This document shows positions 27,107-37,914 of a stretch of DNA of 64,000 nucleotides, piece by piece; the stretch's first letter is position 1, and every line of letters begins with the position of its first letter. The stretch is from NCBI RefSeq assembly GCF_009834535.1, contig NC_045696.1, forward strand, positions 51,152,001 to 51,216,000. The letters are read 5' to 3'. This stretch comes from Camelus ferus (lineage: Eukaryota). Both the position numbers and the translations under genes were made by a program. Under the pieces are notes generated by a model. The model worked only from the letters and a program-made list of their open reading frames with translations, was not told the DNA's origin and searched no databases.

Positions 27107-29714
27107 CCCATTATCTTCCATTTCCTCCCTCTGTACCATTTTCTTCTCTTCTTAAATTCTTACTCAGTGGAAATAACTACCACGATTTTTCCAACCATGT
27201 ACAATATGGTCAGACATTTTATTCTGAGAAGTTTTCACTGAAAGAAATCCTTCAAACTGTAGCCTTCATTTTGAGAGAATTGAGAATTCAAGTGCACATG
27301 TTTTCCTTCTGTGACTTTCTTCTGTTCAAGGATCTGAACCACATACGGATGCTGTTTTCCGGGGGTTGGACTTATTTTAAAATGCACCGTTGTGTGGTTC
27401 AAGGCAAGATATTAACTGATGTTAATGTTCTCTTCTCTGTTCCCAACAAATATAGCTACACAAAAAAAATACTATAAATTTTACAATTTATATATATTTA
27501 GCATTGGGTTCTAATTATCGTAAGTACAATTTCTGTTCTTATCTTTCTTAGGCAGAATTAATACTTATCCATGAATCATTATGATTCAATGCTAAATTGC
27601 TAATGCTCTTGCTAAAGATTTTGAAAAAATAATACTCCTGTGGCCTGTTAGATTCAATGAAATAGATAATGTAGTTTCCATATATGTCTAATTGCCAGGA
27701 AGAGTATTTCATAAAGGAAAACATTGTCTCAACATGTTTGATGATCTCTGAATTTAATTACACTATCAATAGCCTATCGGAAAACATTTGCTTATATCTC
27801 CGTAAAAGCAAAGCATTCCTACTTAAAATAGTGATGCTGAAATTGTGAGTGAGGTTAATAAATATTACTAAAGCAAAGGAATAGGAGAGGAAAGTGAGAG
27901 ATGGCAGGTCAAATATGGGTATGTTTATTTATTTAGCACCATCGATTATAAAGCTACGTTCGATAATATAAGGAATCCCATTTCAGAAATTGGCTCGAGG
28001 TGGATGTAAATAATTTACAGTTTAATGAAATGAAATCTAGAAACCCAATACCTCTAGCAAATGATGTAAGAGCTCTCTCAGCTTGCTCTTTTCTCTTTTT
28101 ATCCCAACATCAGTTTCTCTTTCACGTGTATCCTTAGATTTTGCTAGTCTCTAAAGTTGTTCTGTCCAGTGGATCTTATCCTAGTCTCCCAGGAAATATG
28201 ACCCCTTTCCTTATCTTAAGCCACGTTTTCTCTTTTGGCTTTTTCCTATTAGGCTAAAAATATATTCAGGCCACTTGCATCTTACAAAAATGATTCAAAT
28301 CAAATCTGAAATCTTCCTGTCAGTCCAACATTCAATGAGCAACATTTGCATAGAAAGACAATTACTTTTGTTAATTGTTTATTTTTTATTAACTTAAAAA
28401 TACTATGAAATGTATCATACATACAGAAGAATATATAATATTTACAGGGGCAATTTAAAAAATAGCATAAATATGTATGTACCCATTACTCAGATTAAGA
28501 AATAAAACATTCAAGGAACATAGAAACCCTCTGTGTTTCTACTCAGTTGCATCTATCTTCCTCCCCCTAAGGATACAAATCACTCTGAATTTTGTATTAA
28601 TAGGTCCCTTGTTTTATTTGCAGATTTACCACCCATGTAGGTGTTCCTCAATAATATATTCCTTAATTTAAAAAAAAAGAAAAAAAATCTGAGAAGCATG
28701 CACCAATCTTCCTGTGTAAAGTAAGAGTGACATTGCCCCATCAGATAAAGCATCTAGAAGAAAATAAACTGAACAGAGCCTATGATTTGACATCAGGTTC
28801 CCTGAGCATTAACAAGAACCTCTTGTAGGGAAGTCAGGAGACAAGGGCTTTACAGAGTCCTGAGAGCATAGGACTCATCATAGTTTGGGCCCCTGGACCT
28901 GATAACAGATATTTAGCAAAAATATGGTCAGAGAGAGTGGACTGCTCTGTGTTTTCTGCTTTTTAACCTCTTCTGGCTACTTCCTACTCTCAGAAGGACG
29001 TCAAAGCAGAAACCTGTGGAGTGAAGCAGCAGAGCCCAGAGGGAGAATAGGAACTTCACAAACTAAGTGCGGGAAGACTCTGAGCGAGGCCCTGGGGGGA
29101 TTCTGTCCTCAGCTAAAAGAAGGTCGATGGCTACAGGGATCTTGGAGATGACAGAGCTCAACTGGTGTGTCCCCTGAGTTGCACTGCCCTCCTCTAAGGT
29201 GGATGTCTTCTGTAGCTCAGCCCCAGCTGTCATTCTGGGATCTGCCTTCAGCATCTTCTTGGGAGTTCCCTTCATCTCTCTCCTGGTTCCATTTCCTGTT
29301 TTTTGGCATCCCACATTTTGTCTTTACTGGTCTCTCAATGAGCAGTTTCTCCTGTAGCTTCTTTCTCATGTAGGGTGGTAACTTTTTTGAGACACTGTAC
29401 ACCTTAAAATTTTAGAGTTGCCTAGTAGCCTGGAGGTGGGGAGATGATCTAGGGAAGTAACTGCTTCTCAAACAACTTTGACTTTCATTTTTTTCCCTTA
29501 TTTTGGCTACTATTCTACTTCTTCTCTCCTTTTTATTGATCACCAATTCCACACCAGTATTTTGGTACTGCTAATTCTTATGCTTTTTGAGGATTCTGTG
29601 ATATGAATTTGGTCTCAGTTTTCCCCACTACCAGTTTAGGACTTCGCTTTCTTAGTTTTATAAGTCAGTTTAAGTCAGTTACCATTTGTCCCCCTGCTTT
29701 CCAGAATGAATCAC

Positions 29715-30148
29715 GGCCGACCCTTTGATCCCAAATGTGTGTGAGTGACATTGTGTAACTTCCAAGGCTAGGTCATTAAAAGGCGTTGCAGCTTTCACCT
29801 TGGTCTCTTGGATCAGCATGCTCTGAGGAAAGGCACTGCCAAGCAGCATCTTGGAGAAGCTCATGTGGAGAGGAACTGAGGCCTCAAACAAACAGCCAGC
29901 ACCGGGTTGCCAGCCATTGCATGAGACACCTTGACTGTGCTTCCTCCAGCCTCAGTCAAGCCTTCTGATGACTGGAGCCACACAGGATTACTAAGGGCAA
30001 TCTCACTAGAGATGGTGAGCCAGAACTGCCTACCTAAGCTGCTCCCAAATTCCTGATCCACAGAGACTGTGAGAGATAATGATTATCATTATTTTCAAGG
30101 CACTAAGGTCTTGGGTGATTTGTCATATAGCTCTACTAATTGGAACAC
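29715..30148 (+). mobile_element. MaLR MLT1F-like LTR
   Basis: ttccaaggctaggtcattaaaagg...gagaggaactgaggcc...ctaagctgctcccaaattcctgatccacagagactgtgagagataat. Confidence 0.75.
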
Positions 30149-30384
30149 CACTGAGCCCAGAGAAAAACTGATTGCCTTTCTTTCTGCTATTACTTCCAGA
30201 CTCTTCTACTTCACTTTTCCCCTAAAACCCCAGCTCTGACTTTCATGCCAGAAAACCACGCCACAGACTGCCTCTCTTTATTGCAGTCATCTGTCAACTC
30301 AGTTTATATACTCTTTTTTATTGAAGATTTTTGTAAGTTGTTCACGGTCACTTTTCTCTGTACTTGCTATTCTTTTTTATGCTT

Positions 30385-30743
30385 GGTTCCTTTATTTGAG
30401 GTGCTATAACAAAATACCAGAGACTGGGTGGCTAGTAGACAATAGAAATTTATTTCTCACAGTTCTGGAGGCTGGATGTCCAAGATCAAGGTGCCAGCAT
30501 GGTTGTGTTTTGGGGAGCTCCCTCTTCTTGGTTCAGAGCTGATGACTTTTCTCTTGTGTCCTTACTTGATGAAAGGGTGAGGACCCTCTCTGAGGTCTCT
30601 TTTATAAGGACACTAATTTCATTCATGAGGACTCTACGCTCATGACCCGAGCACCTCCCAAAGGCCCCACTTCCTATTACCATCACATTTGGTCATCAGG
30701 ATTCAGCATATAAATTTTGAGGGGACACATATAAACCATAGCA
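30385..30743 (-). mobile_element. MaLR MLT1A-like LTR nested in L2
   Basis: gctataacaaaataccagagactgggtgg...agaaatttatttctcacagttctggaggctgg...aaaccatagca. Confidence 0.8.
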
Positions 30744-31369
30744 CTTGGTGATTTCAATACCTACCAAGATCGTATCTCCAATCCCTTGCTTCTTAGTTCC
30801 TTGACCTCTCTCTCCCCCATGATCTTATCACCCACTCTAGTCAGCCATCTACTCTCATATTCGCATCAGAGAACTTTATAACCACAACTTGTCCACAATC
30901 TCAATTTCAAGCACCATTCTTATATTTCCAACTCACTACCTCTAATTTTTTTCTTTAAAAAATTAATTTGTTTAGCACAATGTCTATGAATTTTGCAGAT
31001 AAGAAACAAAATGAGCTTCTTCCCATCACATTATTATTTACATAGAACCTACAACTTTTAAAATTGTAGTTATTACCAGCAATCCTTCAATTCCAACTAG
31101 ATTTACAGACCTTTAATCCTAACACTTTTCATTGTCCTTCACACTCTTATAACCTTGCTTTCTTCTTACCCAGGATCCAGGGACAATCATTATTATCAAA
31201 CACTTGCATGCACACTCATCTCCCTTGCTCCTCTTGTGCTTTGGCATAGTCACCTGGTAAAAATCAACTCTAATGAAATCCAATTCCACTTATTCTGTGC
31301 TTGCACTTGTGCAACTGCAGAAAAAACATCTGTGCAGGCTGGTTTCCCTTTATTGATTTATTTTTCATT

Positions 31370-34300
31370 GGTTATAATAGTTTTTAATTATTTGAAATAA
31401 GGAAAACTGCAAGAATAGTACAAACACTTCCCATAAACCCTTGATTCAGATTCTTCAGTTATTAACATTTCTGTGTTTGCTTTATTTGTTTTATTATTCC
31501 CTCTCTCTACACATAATTTTTTTCTGAATCATTTGAGCATGAGTGAAACCTAAATACATCAGTTAAAACTAAATAAATATACATCAATATATTTCCTAAA
31601 ACAAAGACATTCTCATCCCTAACCACAGTCCAATAATCAAAAACAGGAAATTAGCATTGAATAAATGCTATTATCTGCAAACTTTTTTCAAAGTTTTCCA
31701 GTTGTCCCAATAATGTTCTTTATAAAACTTTTTTTTTTTTTCTGTTTCAGGGTCCAATTCAAGATCACCTATTGCATTTAGTTGCCGTATGTCTTTTGTC
31801 TTCTTTAATTTGGAGCAATACTTCAGTCTTCCTGTGGCTTCATGAGCTTGGTATTTCTGAAGAATTCAAGTCAGTTATTTTATAGAACGTCCCTCGAATT
31901 GAATATGTCTGATGTCTCCTCATGATTAGATTCACAGCATGCATTTTTGGCACTACACAGGTACTTTGCTTTTCTTGTTGAATGATATGTTTTATAGATC
32001 TTTCCATATCAACACTTAATCAGTACTTAAGAGTTTTATTACTGTTATTATTATTTGGCTATTATTTTCCTCAGTTATTCTTTCTGTCCCTTTCTCTCTT
32101 TTCTCTCCTTCTGGGACTTCCATTATGGGTATGTTGGTACACTTACTGATGCAGCAAAATCTCTTAGTTTCCGTTCATTTTTCATTTTTTTTCTTTCTGC
32201 TCCTTAGACCGGATAATCTCAACCAAACTATCTTCAAGGTTGCTGATTCTTCCTTCTGTCTGCTCAAAGCTGTTCTTGGACCCCTGTAATTTTTCATTTC
32301 AGCTAGTGTATTTTTCAACTCCAGACTTCCTATGTAGTTGCTATTATTTCTTTATGGACATTCTCTGTTTAGTGAGAAATTGTTCTCACGGTTTCCATTT
32401 TTGTATATGGTTTCCTTTAGCTGTTTGAGCATGTATAAGATAGTTGATTTAAAGTTTTGTCTGTCCAATGTCTGGGCTTCATTACAGGCCAGTTTCCATT
32501 AATTCTTCTATCTGGACCATACCTTTTTGCTTTGTCTTACAAAGCCTTGTAATTTTTTGTGTTGAAAATTGAACATTTGGAATATTATAATGTGGCAACT
32601 CCTGAAATCAGCTTGTCTACCTCCTCAGAGTTTGTTGCTTGTTCTAGCTGGTTGTTTGGTGACTTCTATGAACTTTTTTTTTGTCGTAAAAAACACATAA
32701 CATAAAATTTACCATTTTATCCATTTTAAGTGTACAGTGCAGAGGCATTAAGTGCATTCATATTGTTGTGCAGCCATCAGTACCATCCACTCTTCGGAAC
32801 ATCTTCATCTTCCCAAACTGAAACTCCACATCCATTAAACAACAGATTCCCCACTCTGCCCTGCCCCCAGCCCCTTGAAACCACCGTTCTACTTTCTGTC
32901 TTTATGAATCTGACTACTCTACATACCTCATAAGGTGAATTAATTTTGGAAAGTTTATGCTGTTTATCATGGGTGGCATGGAAATCTCTATTCTGTTAGC
33001 TTACTGATTTGACAGAGATTTCCTTAAACTTCGAGAATAAAAAAGAGAGAGAGAGAGAAAAGAAAGGAAAAAGATCTCCCAGTCTTTGCATACGGGCTGC
33101 ATGTGTGTTTTGGCCTGCCTTCAGCACTCAGCCTGGCAATTTAGAGCTCTGCCTTAGCTTTCCCTTTCTGCAGAGGCTGAAGGTCGGCCAGAGGTGAGAG
33201 CTTAGGGCCTTAAGTCTTTTCTGTGCCTGCTCCCAGCTCTGAAAATGTGTGTGACTTTCTAGATTCCTTGGAATTTGTGGGGGCTTTTGAAAGCCCTTAT
33301 TCCCAGCCTTTCCTCCCAGACTTTTCAGATCGGCTATTGTTTGCTCCAACTGTTTTCCCTTGTCCCAGGTGGCAGGAGCTATTACAGAATTTGCCTTCAA
33401 ATGGTTTCCATAAATCCCACCCTCTTCCTCTTGCTTTAGGTAGAGGGCCCTGGGCGATGCTGAGTTAGGTGGAATAAAGGCAAATCCTTGAGCTAGTCCT
33501 TTAGGGAGCCACCAGACGGGGCAAAGCAAACAACCACAATTCTTTAAAAGGTTCTCTGCTCCAGTAGTAGAAACTGGTCCCAGGAATGTGGGCTACTGTG
33601 AAGCAGGGGGTGGTACCAGGGTAAATTAAAGTGTCATAGAGCTCTCTTACTGAGACTCAGCTGTTTTTTTCTTAATTAAGCATTCCCCTGATCATTGTAA
33701 GCTTTTGGTTGGGCTCCAGAGTTCCAAATAATTAGGTCCGGACAGTTTTTGCCAGCTTAATTGTTGCTTTCGTGGAGGTACCGACTTTTAGAGTTCCCTA
33801 CTCTTGCCGTTTTTGTTGCTGTTACTCCCTCTCATTCCCCCCCCCCCCTTTTTTTTAAATCGAAGTATCGTTGATTTACAATAGTATATTAGTTTCAGGT
33901 ATACAACATAGTAATCTTCCTTCTATTCTTTAAAAAAAAGAATTGGGCATAGAATTCCCACGGGCAGATGCACATAGTTTATTTAGCCAGGCCTTCCTTC
34001 ATTGATAAACATTTATTTCCAAATTTTCCTAATGCAAACTTTTCTCCAGTGAATATCATTGCACATTATTTTGTGTGTATGCAATTAAATCTACAGGAAA
34101 AGCCCCAGAGGTGGAGCTGCTGCAAGAGTAACTGCATTTTGTGATTTTTATAACTATTGCCAAAGTGCTATATCATTTTACGTTCCCACATGAGAATTCC
34201 CGTCAACAGAATGTGTTCTCAAACTTCTGTTCTTTTGTCAATCTAGAGGTGAAAATGATATTTCTGTGTGGTTTTAATTTCTGTTTCTTTTATTCTGAGT

Positions 34301-34460
34301 GAAATTGGGCACCTGTCTTTTATATTTTTTAACTTGTATTTCATTTCTGGGAACTTTATGACATGTACTCTTATCATTTTTTTCCTTGAATGTGGTTTTT
34401 CCATTTCAGTTTCCAGGAGCTCTTTATTTATTAGTGTGATCTCACTTTAAATACATGAGC
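31370..34460 (-). mobile_element. Cluster of nested old antisense L1 fragments
   Basis: L1MC-like 3' end, ORF1/5' region, L1MB-like 3' end (32675-32935) and a short younger L1 tip (33850-33915). Confidence 0.65.
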
Positions 34461-34639
34461 ATGAATCTCAGTTAAGTATTGGTGTTGCCCAGCAGGCCTA
34501 CTGTTTCCCTACTACGTCAGTCCATTTGTTTTCCTAAGGTCCCAAGTAAGTATTTCGTAATTTCTCCATTCTCCTCAAGCTTCCAACAACTTGGCCTCCA
34601 TATTCAGTTTCAGCTTTGGGTGTTATTTCACTGAGAAAT

Positions 34640-35130
34640 ATCCCTGCCCTTCAGCCAAAGGAACACACCTGTAGGGGAACAACACTGGGTTCATTGGCTC
34701 ATTGCCGTGAGGGTGAAAGTCCACTCTGGAGAGCCACAAGGGCATCTCAGTAAAAGGGTGATGGAAAGGATTTACCATAGGGCTTGGGTTTATGGGAGGT
34801 GATTTTGGGAGTCAGGATTCAAGAAGCGGGGATTTTCCCTGAATTATATGCTGTCAAAAAGCTGCAGGAATTCTTTGACTGAGTATCTTCATAAATCTTA
34901 CCTAGAAGATGGGAGGGACAAAGTGAAACTAAACTGTCACTCATATTAGCCAGTTTAGGGGGACATTTGGTCATTTTGGTGGTTTGAACCAGGTGCACAT
35001 CTTTGTTTAGACATGGATATGGAAATGGTCTTGTTTTTGTCTTGCTCTGCCAGGGTCACAGAGCGGCTTTGTTTAACATGGGTGTTGTGTGAAACCTTTT
35101 ATGTTCAGCAGGGCACCACAGCCTGGCTCT
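34640..35130. mobile_element. ERVL solo LTR, MER76-like, nested in L2
   Basis: cagccaaaggaacacacc...gggcatctcagtaaaagggtg...gtcactcatattagccag...ggtcttgtttttgtcttg. Confidence 0.65.
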
Positions 35131-35720
35131 GAACACCCTCTTTCGACCCTAAATCCCCCCTCCAGCCACCATCCTATTTCACTGCCTCACTTAAAGCAGA
35201 AGTCTTCCCATCAGTTGTTTATCCATGCTGCCTTCTACTCCTTTCCCTTTTCTCTTGAATCTGCTCTCCACTGAAATTGTTCCCGTCAAGGTCACTAATG
35301 ACCTCCAGATTGTTAACACAGAGTAAAACAGAACTAGTTTCAGTTCTCATTCATCTGTTGGCAATATCTGTCATCTTTGACTTTTCCATCTTCCTCGAAA
35401 TACTTTCTTTATTTGACTTCAGGGTAAAGTCCTCAGCCTCACTGACCATCCCTTCTCAGAATCTTTGCTCTTTCCTCTTCACTCCTCAACTTCTACATCT
35501 TGGGGTGTTGCAGGAACAAGTTATGAGATGTTTTTACTATTTATGCTCACTCACTGAGTGATCTCATCCACGTTCATAGATTTAAAAACCACTGATATTC
35601 TGATAATTCCCAAATCTTTATCCTCAGAACTTCAAGTTTCCGAATACAATTTCCTATTCCATATTTCCACTTGGATGTCTAACTGGCACCTCAAACTTAA
35701 CACATTTAAAACCAAACTTA

Positions 35721-36084
35721 GGTTGAGCCAAGTTGGCAGAGTAGAGAGACTCACAGCTCGCCCTCTCCCACAAATACACCAAGAATTACATCTACAAACC
35801 CATTGAATCGCCCAGAACACCTACTGAACTCTGGCAGAGTGTCTCTCATTTTGAAATGTAGGAGGAGTCTCACAAAATCCGATAAACAATAAATTTATAC
35901 TATATAGCACAGGAACTATATTTAATATCTTATAGTAACTTATGGTTAAAATGAATATGAAATATATGTATGAAAATGAATATATGTATGTTCCTATATG
36001 ACTGAAGTATTGTGCTGTATACCAGAAATTGATGTAACACTGTAACATTGTAAACTGACTATACTTCAATAAAAATATATTTTA
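35721..36084 (+). mobile_element. Bipartite L1: ~160 bp of 5'UTR fused to ~200 bp of 3' end
   Basis: Starts ggttgagccaagttggcagagtag (L1 5' terminus with a degenerate YY1 box), joins at 35881 to ataaacaa...tatagcacagg, AATAAA at 36068-36073; inserted at TTT/AAAA in an L2. Confidence 0.75.
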
Positions 36085-36426
36085 AAAACCCAAATGCATA
36101 GCTGTTCCCAAATTGATCTTCTCTTAGGCTTCCTTAGCTCAGTAAATAGTTGCCGTATTCTTTCAAGTGTCCAGGCCAGTAGTTTCAGAGTGCTCCTTGA
36201 CTTCTCTTTCTCATACTACACAAGCAATCCACCAGAACATTATTTTAACTTTCCTTCAAAATGCTGCATCTGCAGAAGCTGATCATTTCTCACCGCTACA
36301 CTGGTCTGCAACACATGTACCACCACCATGCTGGTTCAAGTCATCATCTCTCATCTGAGTTATTGCAGTAGCCTTATAATTGGTCTCTTTGATTCTGTTG
36401 TCCTTTTTTAACCATTAAAAAAAATC

Positions 36427-36550
36427 TTGTTGAGGTGGGTGGGGGAGGTTATTAGGTTTATTTATTTATTTTTAATGGAGGTGCTGGGGATTGAACCCAG
36501 GACCTTGTGCACGCTAGGCACATGCTCTACCACTGAGCTATGCCCTCCCC
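36427..36550 (-). mobile_element. tRNA-derived SINE (Vic-1 type)
   Basis: ggggattgaacccaggaccttgtgcacgctaggcacatgctctaccactgagctatgccctcccc. Confidence 0.88.
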
Positions 36551-36569
36551 GCCATCACTGCCCTTTTAT

Positions 36570-37160
36570 CACCTCTGCCCCTAACATTTGTGGAGCTTGG
36601 GACAAGAATATAAATGGATGCCCACATTTGTGTAAATCTGTAAAAATTATAAAGCAATAACTTAAAATATCTTCTACTTTCCTACCTTGGCAAATATACC
36701 TCTACAAAGACCTAAAAGACCAATTAGAATTTAGAGTTCTTGGACTACCCAGAGTTCTATGACCGAAGTAAGTGATGTAGAGATAACAATTTCTTGGTCA
36801 CTAGCTCACAACCTGCCTTTCTTCCATTCCAGCTCTGTCTCCACTCCCCACAGCAGGGACCATTGTGTTCATAGGCATACGGACATTCTAGTCTATATGT
36901 CCAAGCTCCATCCACACCCGTTACAAAGAGCCACCCCTTGGTAACTCCACAGGACTTGGGTGTGCACAACACTGATGTCAGCCACTCTTGGAAGAACAGA
37001 CTTACGGAGGAAGCCTTTGTGGTTCTTAGAAGTGGACTTGGGGCAGTTTGGGCAAGGAATTCAGGATTCTGGTTATTTGGAGTGTGGTCTAGAAAGGGAG
37101 GAATGTGGCCAGAGGAGGCCTAGAGTAGAGCCCTCTAAAGTAAGGCTCAAGGCAGGGAAC
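36570..37160. mobile_element. hAT-Tip100-type DNA transposon relic (MER115/Zaphod-like)
   Basis: ccctaacatttgtggagcttgggacaagaatataaatggatgcccacat...cctaccttggcaaatatacc. Confidence 0.55.
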
Positions 37161-37560
37161 TTTCTTACCTGGAGGTGAGGTCAGACTCCCCTTTACAGTC
37201 TGTAAGGGGAAAGGACAGCAATGAGGAGACCAGTCAGGAGGCCGGGGGTCCTTTTATAAAGCAGGTCTGATCATTCTCACAAACCTCCACGGGCTTCCAT
37301 CTCATGCAAAGGAAAAGCCAGTCTGTACGATACCTAAGATTCTAGAGATCTGACTTGTCCTCATCCACCTTGCCCGACTGATCTGGTTTACTCTACTCCT
37401 TCCCTTGCTAACTTGCCTCTGTCCACACTGGGTTCCCTTGTTGCTCCTCAAACAGGCCCGGTACTCTCCTACCCTAGAGACTTTTAATTGAAAATTTGCT
37501 CTGTGCTAGAGGTTCTGCTATTATATACAGATTATAAAATCTGAGCCCATTATTCATACT

Positions 37561-37914
37561 TATTATGGACTGAATTATTTGTATCCCCTCTAAATTAATA
37601 TGTTGGAGCCCTAACACATAGGGAGGCTGTATTTGGAGTCAGGTAGTAATTAAAGTTCAGTGAGGGTGTAACATTGGGCTCTTAATCCAATAGGATTAGT
37701 GTCCTTATAAGAAGAGGCACCAGGGAGCACACCATGTGAAGACATGGCAAGAAGGCGCCATTTGTAAGACAGGGAGAGAATCCTTATTAGAAATCAAATT
37801 GGGTGGAACCTTCGTCTTGGACTTCTAGCCTCCAGGACTGTGAGAAAATACATTTCTGTTGTTTAAGACATGCAGTCTGTGGTATTTTGTTATGCAGCCC
37901 AAGCTGACTAACAC
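37561..37914 (+). mobile_element. MaLR MLT1A/B-like LTR
   Basis: tattatggactgaat...ggacttctagcctccaggactgtgagaaaatacatttctgttgtttaag...ctaacaca. Confidence 0.8.

Larger units (their letters stand above)
16820..27455 (-). pseudogene. Putative unprocessed multi-exon pseudogene, KDZ/Zisupton-transposase-like (HMGXB3-like)
   Basis: Chain of minus-strand AG...GT-bounded segments in non-repeat islands: 27347-27455, 26473-26613, 23453-23523, 23047-23213, 22725-22846, 21047-21173, 18552-19192 (split by an LTR), 17972-18040, 17735-17872, and terminal 16820-17047. Phases are largely compatible, with scattered stops and frameshifts. Motifs KYRQCGICK, CSY/CSNSLKLI, KYILRNKIPCN/HVGTL and IHFPNLM*Y resemble remembered CxC/KDZ and HMGXB3 motifs; no search was run. 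Confidence 0.6.

Noticed and set aside
27061..27477. Longest unexplained ORF (138 aa, + strand)
   Set aside because: Starts at TTG inside an LTR, has no recognisable motif, and is the antisense shadow of a minus-strand pseudo-exon
36480..36550. tRNA-Ala-like genes (also at 3330, 4160, 45080, 46824, 61570)
   Set aside because: They have A/B boxes but also SINE tails, TSDs and diverged stems; these are SINE copies, not tRNA genes
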